From Alphaproteobacteria bacterium (lineage in GTDB: Bacteria > Pseudomonadota > Alphaproteobacteria > Caedimonadales > UBA9215), in NCBI GenBank assembly GCA_965204765.1, contig CBDBFG010000003.1, forward strand, positions 33,412-97,411: a stretch of DNA of 64,000 bases. The letters are read 5' to 3'. Both the position numbers and the translations under genes were made by a program. The notes under the pieces are model-generated. The model worked only from the letters and a program-made list of their open reading frames with translations, ran no database searches and was not told the origin of the DNA. This document shows positions 30,850-41,037 of the stretch, in pieces; position 1 is the stretch's first letter, and every line of letters starts with the position of its first letter.

Positions 30850-31257
30850 TATGATAATATTATATTTCGTAGCGACATGATTAACCATAACTTTGTCGCG
30901 TTCATTAGTAATAAAATATTACTTAATTCTCCCTATATTAAGTAACAAGTGGCATTGTACTGCTATAGCGTAAATATAACATCAAAAAAACATCACCAAA
31001 CTGAACATAACATAAAAGCAATCCTATAATCTGTTGACAAGATTGGGCAAAGGTAAAACATTACAAAACTCTTAGATAACAAAAACTAGTACAGCCAAAA
31101 GTAACATCATACATTATATATACTGGATTATGCTGCATGATATGTGTATAATTCGTTCTTGGCTTAAGATAATAATATACGTAATAGCTTAGCCATATCC
31201 ACAAAACCGAACAGCGGTATTATGGACAATAAAAAATTTTAAAAGGGAGAAATATAA

Positions 31258-31644
31258 ATGCAATATAAATTACTATCTTTGGTTCTTGGTACAACTTTGT
31301 TAGTGAATAGTCACTGCAATTGTGCAGATCCCATTGATGCAGAAGCAGAACAATCACCAACTGTCTTAAGACATGGTGGACAATTTATACGCTTTGAAGG
31401 ACAAATGAGTCCAAAAGAGCAACAAGATCTTCATCGTGGAAGAGATACTGCTGCACGTCAAAGGCCATCATCAGCAAAACCACAACAACGTGATAGCGAT
31501 GAAAAAACTGGCACGGCGCAACCTAGAAAATCTCATCCGTTAAAGGGGTGTAAAAGATTACCAGGAGTGGAGCCTGCATCAACTGAACTTCAGGGTGATT
31601 GGGCAAAAATGGCACAACTATCACACCCAGCTAGTGATCAATAA
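31258..31644 (+). CDS. hypothetical secreted, low-complexity (Q/R/P/S-rich) protein
   Basis: RBS AAGGGAGA lies 8 nt upstream. The signal peptide is MQYKLLSLVLGTTLLVNS. The body looks disordered, and its base composition is visibly more GC-rich than its neighbours. A strong hairpin follows. Confidence 0.5.
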   Translation: MQYKLLSLVLGTTLLVNSHCNCADPIDAEAEQSPTVLRHGGQFIRFEGQMSPKEQQDLHRGRDTAARQRPSSAKPQQRDSDEKTGTAQPRKSHPLKGCKRLPGVEPASTELQGDWAKMAQLSHPASDQ

Positions 31645-31674
31645 ACACTAGTTTAAAATTGCTACAGCATTATA

Positions 31675-31700
31675 AAACCCTAAGTTGTTACTTAGGGTTT
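31675..31700 (+). terminator. rho-independent terminator-like hairpin between convergent genes
   Basis: AAACCCTAAGT-tgtt-ACTTAGGGTTT is a perfect 11 bp stem with a 4 nt loop, ending in TTT. It lies 31 nt after the stop at 31644. Confidence 0.6.
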
Positions 31701-31921
31701 GTATATATCAAAATAAATTATGTATTATAGGAACGGGAAACCATAATCATTTCAAATATCGTATAACTAATATCACTAAAAGCACAATTGCGAATATACG
31801 ATTAGGCAGATACCAACAACATCCAAGCCAAACAACATAAAAAAATTAGTACACAAATAAGCAATAGGTTAGCACAAAACTATACAAAAAATCATTGCTT
31901 ACGCAAAACTCAATATTAGCA

Positions 31922-32710
31922 CTAACAAAACACTGAGTGATAAATTTTGCTTACATCCTTGATGGATCTGGAATTGGGATATAATTTAACAATTGATTCT
32001 TGCTGTCTAATCGAGTGTTTTACACGATTATCCTTTCTAATGATCCCACCCAGATCAGGTGCAAACTTTAAAAATTTCTGACACACAGAGGCAAAACCAT
32101 TATAAATTTGCTTGCCACTTTGCAGTGAATCAACTTGATTAACTATAATTTTTATATGCAAAGCAGGATATGATCGCTTTATGACCTTGATAAAAGCATA
32201 CGCATCAGTTAAAGAAGTTGGTTCATCCGTAAGCACCAATAGACATTGACCAGAAATATTGGCTAGACTTTGAATATTATCCCCTATGCCAGCCCCCAAG
32301 TCCATTAAGATAAAATCATAATCTGAGGCCGAATGTCTAATCTCTTCACGGACTATTGATAATCGTGCAGGTGAAATATTAGCTAAATAGCCAAATCCAG
32401 ATCGACCGACAATAATGTCAAAATTGCCTTCCTTGTACTCTGTAATAGCTTCATGAAAGCTAATGGTACCATCTACTATACCACCCAAATCCTTGTCAGC
32501 ATAAAGCCCAAGCTGAATATCAAGATTGGCTAAGCCCAAATCCCCATCAAACAATAATACCCTCTTTTTGTTCATCGACATTATATGGGCCAAAGTAGCG
32601 GTAAACCAAGTTTTACCCACTCCTCCTTTACCAGAGGCGATCATAACTATTTTATGGTTAGCCTGGTCACGATAATCACACATATTAGCAATTTGTGCTG
32701 AATAATTCAT
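31922..32710 (-). CDS. flhG: MinD/ParA-type ATPase FlhG (FleN/YlxH), flagellar number regulator
   Basis: Deviant Walker A IASGKGGVGKT, a Walker B-like ILMDLGAG, and a position directly downstream of flhF. I prefer the ATG at 32710 (MNYSAQ), which forms an ATGA overlap with the flhF stop; the ORF track starts at 32737. Confidence 0.8.
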   Translation of the reverse strand: MNYSAQIANMCDYRDQANHKIVMIASGKGGVGKTWFTATLAHIMSMNKKRVLLFDGDLGLANLDIQLGLYADKDLGGIVDGTISFHEAITEYKEGNFDIIVGRSGFGYLANISPARLSIVREEIRHSASDYDFILMDLGAGIGDNIQSLANISGQCLLVLTDEPTSLTDAYAFIKVIKRSYPALHIKIIVNQVDSLQSGKQIYNGFASVCQKFLKFAPDLGGIIRKDNRVKHSIRQQESIVKLYPNSRSIKDVSKIYHSVFC

Positions 32711-33780
32711 GCTTTCACCTTTAACGTTGATATCCATGATGGTAAATCACTATCATTTGATAATTGTTTGCTCTGTATTTCATCAATTTTTTGTTGCTTA
32801 TCTGGTATGTACCTGGTTAACACCTTTAATAAATTATCAGCAGTTGCCTGCCACAAACGATTACCAATTTCAGGACCAAAACTCATTGCACTAAATTCGA
32901 ACTTTTCTTTGTGTAAAATTGATAACAACCCACCTAGTCTTCTAGTCGCATCAAAGCGTGTCATCATTAACCTGGAACAACCAAAATTACGAAATGCCCC
33001 AGCGGTTTCAATCATTTCATAAGAATCCCCGCCTGCAGAAAGCACAAGAATAGGAGACAATTTTGCTGCTAATACAAATTCTTGTAATTTTGTCGTCTCA
33101 CTACTATTCAAACAATTTGTACTAGGCGTATCAATAAGATAAACTACATCATTATTATTAGCATTTGCTCTTTCCAATTTTTTAGCAAGCTCGGTAGGAT
33201 TATTAATTAAATGTAGTGGTACATTAATAGCCGATGCATAAGCCTGCATTTGCTCGATAGATCCTGCACGTAAATAATCAGTTAAAATAAGCTCGACCCG
33301 CTTTTTACAAACCAATAATTCAGTTGCTATCTTGGTTAAAGTGACCGTTTTCCCAACACCAACAGGACCACTAAGCATTAAATGCTGCATATTATAATTA
33401 CTATAATTCAAATGATAAAATTTAAACAAAGTATTTAAGATCGCTGTCATACCATCATTTAATGCTGTGTTTGGTAAGGCATAGACATTCGACGTAATTT
33501 CCTCGATAATTTCATTTGGCGGACTATGATATGACAGAATATCACATAATAAATTCTTAACATCCAGTACCCTAGATCGTCCTGCAATAGAATCATTTAA
33601 CTTCATATAATCATTAAATTTTTCCTGTGGTATAGCCTGATCTTGTTCATGCGCTACCGTTACTCTAACAATTCCATGTTCATTAGCAGTTGAAACAATG
33701 ATAGCATCCAACCCTAGCTCTTTTTTGATTTGTGCCATTACAACTTGAATACTTGTACCTGTATATGTTCGTAAATGCAT
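32707..33780 (-). CDS. flhF: flagellar biosynthesis SRP-type GTPase FlhF
   Basis: G1 LSGPVGVGKTVT, LILTDYLRAGSIEQ (TDxxR), YLIDTPS (DTxG-like), and a position between flhA and flhG. Confidence 0.85.
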   Translation of the reverse strand: MHLRTYTGTSIQVVMAQIKKELGLDAIIVSTANEHGIVRVTVAHEQDQAIPQEKFNDYMKLNDSIAGRSRVLDVKNLLCDILSYHSPPNEIIEEITSNVYALPNTALNDGMTAILNTLFKFYHLNYSNYNMQHLMLSGPVGVGKTVTLTKIATELLVCKKRVELILTDYLRAGSIEQMQAYASAINVPLHLINNPTELAKKLERANANNNDVVYLIDTPSTNCLNSSETTKLQEFVLAAKLSPILVLSAGGDSYEMIETAGAFRNFGCSRLMMTRFDATRRLGGLLSILHKEKFEFSAMSFGPEIGNRLWQATADNLLKVLTRYIPDKQQKIDEIQSKQLSNDSDLPSWISTLKVKA

Positions 33781-33781
33781 A

Positions 33782-35875
33782 TTACACCGTCGCTAATGTT
33801 TGTATTTTTGCTTTTGGATGCACCTCATTATGAGATAAAACAACGATAGATGAACGTAATCTTTCAATAATAGAATAGATATGGGGTCGTAACGTTGCAT
33901 TAACCAACAAAACGGGTGACTTACCCTTGCCGGCTTGCTCATCAAATACTTTTTGAATTAATTGTGTAAATTCCTGTAACTTAGTCGGCGGCAATGCTAA
34001 ATACGAACTCTCTCCACTTGCAGCCAAAGCATTTTGCAACTCACTATCCCAATCAGGAGACAAAGTAACTATTGGCAAAATAGCATTGGAATCAGAATTA
34101 GAGGAACTAATCTGTCTTGATAGCCTTACTCTAACATGCTCTGTTATTTGGGTAACATTTTTTACTGTATTACAGACCTCGGCAATCCCCTCAAGAATAG
34201 TTGGTAAATCTCTAATCGAAACTCTTTCTTTTAATAAATTCTGTAATACCCTTTGTATATTACCCATAGTAATTTGTGCAGGGCATATATCTTTGATCAA
34301 TTTTTGGTGTATTTTATCCAAACCATCAATCATTTTTTGTGTTTCAACAAAATTAAATAGATCACTGGTGTTGTCTTTAATTGTTTCACTGATATGAGTA
34401 ACCAATACTGTTAAAGGTTCTACTACTGTATAACCTTTGTCTTCAGCCTCACGCTTTTGCGTATGTGTTATCCAAATGGCCTGCAAACCAAAGGTAGGTT
34501 CCTGGGTTAACTCGCCATGAATATCTAAAGTTGGGCCTGATGGATTCATGCACATTAATAAGTCAGGCTTAATTTCGCCGCTTGTTACTTCAAGTTCTTT
34601 TATTTTGATGACATATTGAAATTGGTTTAGCTCTAAATTATCTTGAATCCGTACAGTAGGTAAGACAAAACCAAGATCTTTTGCAATTTGAGATCGTAAA
34701 GCCTTTACTTGTTCGGTAAATTTTTGTCCCTGTGTACCATTAAGCAGAGGCAACAGACCGTAACCAACCTCTAATCTTACTTGATCCATATGTAAAGCTT
34801 CTTTTACAGGATCAGATACATCATCTGGCTGTACAGCGGTTTCTTTTTTCTCAGCTTGCTGTTGATTAATTATATCTTGCTTTTCTGATATTTTCCACGC
34901 CCCTACACCAGTAACTAAAGCCAATATTATAAACGGCGCGAATGGAATTCCTGGTAATAAAGCTAAACATGCCATTAAAAATGAACTAAGACCTAGCGCT
35001 GCTGGATAAGCACTCAATTGCGCAAATAATGCTTTATCAGATGAACCATCTACGCTAGTTTTTGATACTAATATACCCGCAGCAGTAGAGACAATCAAAG
35101 CAGGTATTTGTGATACTAGTCCATCACCAACCGTAAGCATAGTGTAACTTTGTGCAGCATCACTAAATGATACTCCCATTTGTGCGACACCAATTATGAT
35201 ACCACCAATAATATTAATAAAGGTTATACATAGCCCGGCTATTGCATCTCCTCTAACAAACTTTGCCGCACCATCCATAGCACCATAAAAATTTGATTCT
35301 GTTTCTAGAGTTTTTCTTCTTAATTTCGCTTCTTCTTCATTAATAATTCCTGCTGATAAATCTGCGTCCACGGCCATCTGTTTACCAGGCATTGAATCTA
35401 AAGTAAATCTTGCCGATACTTCGGCAATACGACCGGAACCCTTGGTAATGACTACAAAATTTACTAATACCAAAATAGCAAATACTATTAGGCCTATCAC
35501 AAAATTACCCTGCATAATAAAGGCACCAAATGCCTTGATCACTTGCCCAGCAGCATTCGCACCTTCATGACCATGTCCAAGGATCAATCTAGTTGATGCA
35601 ACATTAAGTGATAACCGCAACATTGTACTAACTAATAACAGAGTCGGAAATGAATTGAACTCTAATGGTCGTTCAATAAATAAAGCTGTTACCAAAACTA
35701 GTATAGAAACCATTAATGATAAAGCTAAAGACATATCCAGTAACCACCTGGGCATTGGCAATACCAATACTGTTAAAACTGCCATTATTCCCAAGGCAAA
35801 GATAATATCTCCACGCTTGGACAGTTGCGACAGTTTATTTATTCCCCACAGTGGCATACTGGTACTATCTGACAT
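33782..35875 (-). CDS. flhA: flagellar type III export gate protein FlhA
   Basis: 697 aa with the FHIPEP motifs FPTLLLVSTMLRLSLNVASTRLIL, GNFVIGLIVF, RIAEVSARFTLDSMPGKQMAVDADL and FVRGDAIAG, plus a cytoplasmic C-domain. Confidence 0.97.
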   Translation of the reverse strand: MSDSTSMPLWGINKLSQLSKRGDIIFALGIMAVLTVLVLPMPRWLLDMSLALSLMVSILVLVTALFIERPLEFNSFPTLLLVSTMLRLSLNVASTRLILGHGHEGANAAGQVIKAFGAFIMQGNFVIGLIVFAILVLVNFVVITKGSGRIAEVSARFTLDSMPGKQMAVDADLSAGIINEEEAKLRRKTLETESNFYGAMDGAAKFVRGDAIAGLCITFINIIGGIIIGVAQMGVSFSDAAQSYTMLTVGDGLVSQIPALIVSTAAGILVSKTSVDGSSDKALFAQLSAYPAALGLSSFLMACLALLPGIPFAPFIILALVTGVGAWKISEKQDIINQQQAEKKETAVQPDDVSDPVKEALHMDQVRLEVGYGLLPLLNGTQGQKFTEQVKALRSQIAKDLGFVLPTVRIQDNLELNQFQYVIKIKELEVTSGEIKPDLLMCMNPSGPTLDIHGELTQEPTFGLQAIWITHTQKREAEDKGYTVVEPLTVLVTHISETIKDNTSDLFNFVETQKMIDGLDKIHQKLIKDICPAQITMGNIQRVLQNLLKERVSIRDLPTILEGIAEVCNTVKNVTQITEHVRVRLSRQISSSNSDSNAILPIVTLSPDWDSELQNALAASGESSYLALPPTKLQEFTQLIQKVFDEQAGKGKSPVLLVNATLRPHIYSIIERLRSSIVVLSHNEVHPKAKIQTLATV

Positions 35876-37233
35876 TACGCATTACCATGTTTTGCTGTGG
35901 GTGAAGCTATAACTTCATCATGTTTTAATGTTTCTTGTCCCTGTTCGACATATAATTTCAATTTATTCCTTAATGTTCTGATCGATATACCTAAAATATT
36001 AGCCGCATGAGTGCGATTGCCTAAGCAATGTGACAACGTACTGATGATTAAATCTTTTTCTACATCAGAAATGGTGCGTCCAACCAAAATATTAGATTTA
36101 ATATCACTGTCCTTTACTTGCTCTGTGGTATTATTATTAATAAAAATATTCAGATCTTTTGCTTGAATAGTTTCTCCTTGCGCTAGTAAAACAGAACGGT
36201 GCATCACATTTTCCAGCTCTCTTATGTTACCAGGCCACATATATTTGCGTATTAACATCTTGGCATCTTCAGCAAGGTATCTCAGAGGTAAGGCATTGGC
36301 TTTGGTATATTTTTCTATAAAATGTGAAGCTAATATTTCGATATCCATAGGCCTACTACGCAACGGTGGTAATTTTAATGGCACAACATTTAAACGGAAA
36401 TAAAGATCCTCACGAAATTCTCCCTTGGTCACACTTTCCTCTAAATCACGATTACTAGTTGCTATTATCCTAATATCCACCTTGACTGGTTTATTACCAC
36501 CAACTCTATCAATAGTTCGTTCCTGTAATGCACGTAATAATTTTGCTTGTAACGATGGATGCATTTCACTTACTTCATCCAATAATAATGTGCCACCGCT
36601 TGCTTCCTCGAATTTACCTATCCTTTGCGCTATTGCACCGGTAAACGCTCCTTTTTCATGTCCAAACAACTCTGATTCTAATAGATTCTCGGGAATTGCC
36701 GCACAATTAACAGATACAAACTGGGCCGCTGATCGTTTACTATTTTGATGAATAAATTGGGCCATTATTTCTTTACCGGTACCAGACTCACCAGTAATCA
36801 AGACACTCGCATCACTAGGGGCAATTTGTTTTGCCAGCTCTGATATCTGTACCATAGCAGAATCCTTGTGCACAAAACTGTTATCTTCTACAGCAACACT
36901 TTCCAGTACAGCAGCTATTAAATCAGCATCGGGTGGTAATGGTACATACTCCTTGGCACCATCTTTGATTGCTTGCACCGCAATGGCACTATCGGTACCA
37001 ATACCACAGGCAACCACAGGAATATTAAACCGCTCGGTATACAAAGACTGTACCATACCTTTGATGTTAAAACTGACCTCAACCATTAATAAATCACTAC
37101 CTTGGCCTGAGCGTAATTTTTGTAATGCCTCATCTATTGTGTGCGCATGGTTTACCGCAGCCCCTTTTGCAATAGCAATTCTACTTGCAGCACCTATATG
37201 ACCCTGTAATTTGCCAACTATTAACAAACGCAT
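35875..37233 (-). CDS. flbD: sigma-54-dependent flagellar transcriptional activator FlbD
   Basis: Atypical receiver MRLLIVGKL...DLLMVEV. The AAA+ domain has GESGTGKE, ESELFGHEKGAFTGA and WPGNIRELEN. The C-terminal HTH is LGNRTHAANILGISIRTLRNKLK. The gene is placed after fliN, as in the Caulobacter fliF operon. Confidence 0.9.
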   Translation of the reverse strand: MRLLIVGKLQGHIGAASRIAIAKGAAVNHAHTIDEALQKLRSGQGSDLLMVEVSFNIKGMVQSLYTERFNIPVVACGIGTDSAIAVQAIKDGAKEYVPLPPDADLIAAVLESVAVEDNSFVHKDSAMVQISELAKQIAPSDASVLITGESGTGKEIMAQFIHQNSKRSAAQFVSVNCAAIPENLLESELFGHEKGAFTGAIAQRIGKFEEASGGTLLLDEVSEMHPSLQAKLLRALQERTIDRVGGNKPVKVDIRIIATSNRDLEESVTKGEFREDLYFRLNVVPLKLPPLRSRPMDIEILASHFIEKYTKANALPLRYLAEDAKMLIRKYMWPGNIRELENVMHRSVLLAQGETIQAKDLNIFINNNTTEQVKDSDIKSNILVGRTISDVEKDLIISTLSHCLGNRTHAANILGISIRTLRNKLKLYVEQGQETLKHDEVIASPTAKHGNA

Positions 37234-37342
37234 ATTATTATCCTCACGGTTAGTTATAGTATTTTTATCTGTTGCTACTTTTTTTTTACATTTACGCTAA
37301 GCTACAAACTGGGTTGTAACCATTAACAACGCCATAGCACTA

Positions 37343-37636
37343 TTATGCTACCTGCTCTGATTTAATAATCTCTGTCATCGTAATACCCAGGTGTTCATCA
37401 ATTACTACGACTTCTCCCCGTGCCACCAAACGATTATTAATATAAAGATCCACAGGATCCCCTACTTTTCTATCTAACTCTATCACGGCTCCGCGGCTTA
37501 ATTTTAATACCTGGCTCACCTGCATATTTACTTGCCCCAGTACCGCCGATACTTTCACAGGTACATCATACACAGCAGAAATATTTTCTTCTTGTGGCTG
37601 ATCAATCTTAGTATTTTTTTTCTTTGCATTAGCCAT
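37343..37636 (-). CDS. fliN: flagellar motor switch protein FliN
   Basis: 97 aa SpoA domain: VPVKVSAVLGQVNMQVSQVLKLSRGAVIELDRKVGDPVDLYINNRLVARGEVVVIDEHLGITMTEI. Confidence 0.9.
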   Translation of the reverse strand: MANAKKKNTKIDQPQEENISAVYDVPVKVSAVLGQVNMQVSQVLKLSRGAVIELDRKVGDPVDLYINNRLVARGEVVVIDEHLGITMTEIIKSEQVA

Positions 37637-38363
37637 TTGTAGTCTCCATATTATCGCCTCTATTCACATCATATAAATTATATTCTTCTAGTTTTTGCTT
37701 AAGCTGATCAATACTATCATCGGGGGCAAACTGTAATAAAACAGTACTAATTTCCTGTAAAACATTCGTAGTATAACTTTCTATGCCCCCTCCTTGCCAC
37801 TCTACTAAACAATCAACCTTGTCTATGGTATCTGAACCAATTATGTTAATTTCTGCATCTGTTTCTTTAGCAAGAAAACTCTTATAATATTTTTTAGTTT
37901 CATCTAACAGTGCAGAATTAACCGTAATCTTGATTGGTTTATCATTTGGCAAAGATTGACAAGACTTGTGCAAAATACTTTTAACAATTTCAATAGCATA
38001 ATTATTAGTGATAAATGGTAATAACTTTTGAATAATTACATAACAAAGACTCGCAACATCCTTATGAAATTGTTTGCTATTTTGTCGACTTTCTATTACC
38101 AACGAATTACATTTGTCGGCAATTATCTTGGCTTGCTCTATTGCCAAGGATTTATTAGTCAAGTTAGCTTTCTTTGTAGCCTCGGCAAATCCCTCATTAA
38201 ATGCCTGTTCTTTTGCACTTTCAAGTTCTTGCCGCAAAATATCTATGTCAACTGGAACCGAATGTGTAGTACTTTCATTAATTTTTTCTTGATTGTTACG
38301 ATTTTCAAACAAGTATTTTTTTACATCTTTACTATTTGATGTCCTAGGCGATAAGCTGTTCAT
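37629..38363 (-). CDS. fliH: flagellar assembly protein FliH-like (FlbE position)
   Basis: 244 aa with a coiled-coil-like E/K/Q-rich N-half (LRQELESAKEQAFNEGFAEATKKAN). It sits between fliG and fliN, as flbE/fliH does in alphaproteobacteria. Sequence signal is weak. Confidence 0.6.
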   Translation of the reverse strand: MNSLSPRTSNSKDVKKYLFENRNNQEKINESTTHSVPVDIDILRQELESAKEQAFNEGFAEATKKANLTNKSLAIEQAKIIADKCNSLVIESRQNSKQFHKDVASLCYVIIQKLLPFITNNYAIEIVKSILHKSCQSLPNDKPIKITVNSALLDETKKYYKSFLAKETDAEINIIGSDTIDKVDCLVEWQGGGIESYTTNVLQEISTVLLQFAPDDSIDQLKQKLEEYNLYDVNRGDNMETTNG

Positions 38364-39369
38364 TATTACCCCCTTTTACTATAGTAATGTCTTCTGACTC
38401 TATTAATTGTTTTGCTTGTTGCAGTATTTTATTTTGTGCATTTTCTACTTCACGCAGACGAACCATACCTAGAACTTCCATGTCTTCTAACATCAATTTT
38501 CCTGCTCTTTCCGACATATTTTTAAAGAATAAATCTTTCAATTCTTCATTAGCCCCTTTCAAAGCAAGACTAAGATTATTTTTATCGATACTACGCAGAA
38601 GTGTCTGTACCCCAGCTGGATCTAGGAAAACAAGATCATTAAAGGTAAACATTAACTCTTTAATTCTTTCAGCTGATTCATGATTACTATCATCAAGCAA
38701 AGACAGTAGAACCCCTTCTGTTTCAGAATCAAAATGATTAAATATTTCCGCTAACTTTTCGTGGGGATCTTGTTGTTCTGAACGCGCAAAATTTGAAATA
38801 AATTCAGATTTTAAAGTTTCCTCAATGTTGTGCAAAACATTGCTTTGTATGTTATCTGCATTAATCATTCTATCCATTACATCTACGGCCAGTTCTTTTG
38901 GTAAGAACGACAGTACCTTGGCCGAACTTTCAGGACTTATTTTCGAGAGGATAACCGCTATAGTTTGTGGATGCTCATTCTTTAAATAAGATGATAGCGC
39001 CTTTTCATCCACATTATTCAATTTATCCCACATTGTAGAGCCTAATGGACCTCTTATTTCGGCCATAATTTTTTCTACTTTGTGTTTGTCAAATACCTTA
39101 TTTAACATTGATTCTGTGGTACTAATAGTACCAATCATAGATGCGCCAGAACCAACTTTGTGTACAAATTCTTCAAATATTGTTTCCATAGTATTGGCAC
39201 CAATACTACCCAGTTTTGACATTGCATGAGATATTTCCACTATTTCTATTTCATCCAACTCATTAAAAATTTTCTGCACCTGTTCATTGGGAAGAGCTAG
39301 TAAAAACGCCGCAGCCTTTTCCTTACCTATTAATGGTTGTGCTGTTATTCTACTAATATTTTTATCCAT
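38344..39369 (-). CDS. fliG: flagellar motor switch protein FliG
   Basis: 341 aa with GKEKAAAFLLAL, EHPQTIAVILS, and the C-terminal torque-helix region MSERAGKLMLEDME. Confidence 0.93.
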   Translation of the reverse strand: MDKNISRITAQPLIGKEKAAAFLLALPNEQVQKIFNELDEIEIVEISHAMSKLGSIGANTMETIFEEFVHKVGSGASMIGTISTTESMLNKVFDKHKVEKIMAEIRGPLGSTMWDKLNNVDEKALSSYLKNEHPQTIAVILSKISPESSAKVLSFLPKELAVDVMDRMINADNIQSNVLHNIEETLKSEFISNFARSEQQDPHEKLAEIFNHFDSETEGVLLSLLDDSNHESAERIKELMFTFNDLVFLDPAGVQTLLRSIDKNNLSLALKGANEELKDLFFKNMSERAGKLMLEDMEVLGMVRLREVENAQNKILQQAKQLIESEDITIVKGGNNEQLIA

Positions 39370-39381
39370 AATAATCCCTCA

Positions 39382-41037
39382 TTATTTACGCTCATGAATC
39401 CATTCGCGTACTAAATTAGCCGACTCTAATGGGTTACTTTCAACTACTGTAGCTATTTTCCGCACCATAGAATCATTAAACTGCACAGCAAATTGCCCTT
39501 CAGTACTCGCATCTTCTGTATCACCGTCAGCTTGCTTGATAGCATCATTATCATCAGTACTTTGATCCATTAGTTGTGCTTGGTTAGCATTGTTCATATC
39601 TTCTTCCATTGCGTCAGCCTCTTCATCTTTAGCAAAAATCTTATAGATCACTGGTTTAACAAAGAATAAAATACCAAATAATCCAAGCAAACCCATCACG
39701 ATCACTTCTACCAAATGAATAATTTCAGCATTACTTAATGAAATCCATGTACTAGCAACAGTCGGCACATCAACACCTGTACGTGCAAACTGCATATCTA
39801 ACACTTCTATGCTATCCCCTCTTTGTTGATTAAAACCAATAGCATTTTTAACTAAGGTTTTAATTTTATTTAATTCGTCTTCTGATCGGGCATCATAGGT
39901 TAAGTTACCACCCGCATCCTTGTTATATTTACCATCTACCATCACTGCAATTGATAGACGTTTAATTTCTCCAATCTCTTTTATATGAGTCTTTAATGTT
40001 TTCGAAATTTCATAGTTTACGGTTTTATCATGCTTTTTGTTATTTGCCTTGGCACCGGCCAATTCATTCGTTGCTTTACTGCGAGGCAAAGAGCTTTCGA
40101 TAGAGGTATCACCCTTATTATTTGCAGACTCTAACGAAGATTCATCTTCTGCACTAGTTTGTTTTGATCTAATCACCTGACCATCTGGATCATACATTTC
40201 CGTATTTTCAGTAATACGATCAAAATTCATTGTCACTGAAACTTCTGCTCTAATTTTATTAAGACCAACATGCTTTTCTAATAATCTTTCTATCGTTTGT
40301 GACATCCTGTTTTCATGTGCAATTCTCATTTCCTCTAAATTGGAAATAGCTGTTATCTGAGTCTGATTATCACCCTTGGCCAATAAATTACCCCGATCAT
40401 CTACGATAGAAACCTTTTCTGGCACCAAACTTGGTACAGCAGCAGCAACCATATACTGAATAGCCTTTACCTTGCTTGGGGATAATTTGGCAACCATATT
40501 CAAAGTCAAAACGATTGATGCGCTCGGCTCTTGACGATCACGGCTAAAAATTTCTCTACGTGGTAGCACAAGATGTACCCTGGCTGATTCAACTGCAGAA
40601 ATAGAACTTATACTACGGGAAATCTCACCTTCTAATGCACGCAAGTGATTAATATCTTGTATAAAACTTGATGTCCCAAGACCTTCACTTCTATCAAATA
40701 TCTCATAACCGGTAGAGCCTCCTCTGGGCAAACCTAATTCTGCTAATTCCATACGTAATCTGGCGACCGAATCAGATGGCACATAAATTGCAGTCCCACC
40801 TTGCCTGATATCTACGGCAATACCCATAGTTTCTATTTTGTTAACAATTTTGCTAGCATCACCAAGATCTAAATTAGAATATAAGACCGATAAACTTGGC
40901 TCACTTATTTTACTGATCATAAGATGAATGCACCCTATGCTTAAAATACCAATAGCAAAAATTACCCCCAGCTTTGCAATGCCAAACTCTTTTATTTTAT
41001 TCAGTATTTGATCCAAAGGTTGCCTCCCAGAAAACAT
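39382..41037 (-). CDS. fliF: flagellar MS-ring protein FliF
   Basis: 551 aa with an N-terminal TM segment, YscJ/FliF domains (LYSNLDLGDASKIVNKIETMGI, ARVHLVLPRREIFSRDRQEPSASIVL), a second TM segment and an acidic C-tail. Confidence 0.93.
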   Translation of the reverse strand: MFSGRQPLDQILNKIKEFGIAKLGVIFAIGILSIGCIHLMISKISEPSLSVLYSNLDLGDASKIVNKIETMGIAVDIRQGGTAIYVPSDSVARLRMELAELGLPRGGSTGYEIFDRSEGLGTSSFIQDINHLRALEGEISRSISSISAVESARVHLVLPRREIFSRDRQEPSASIVLTLNMVAKLSPSKVKAIQYMVAAAVPSLVPEKVSIVDDRGNLLAKGDNQTQITAISNLEEMRIAHENRMSQTIERLLEKHVGLNKIRAEVSVTMNFDRITENTEMYDPDGQVIRSKQTSAEDESSLESANNKGDTSIESSLPRSKATNELAGAKANNKKHDKTVNYEISKTLKTHIKEIGEIKRLSIAVMVDGKYNKDAGGNLTYDARSEDELNKIKTLVKNAIGFNQQRGDSIEVLDMQFARTGVDVPTVASTWISLSNAEIIHLVEVIVMGLLGLFGILFFVKPVIYKIFAKDEEADAMEEDMNNANQAQLMDQSTDDNDAIKQADGDTEDASTEGQFAVQFNDSMVRKIATVVESNPLESANLVREWIHERK

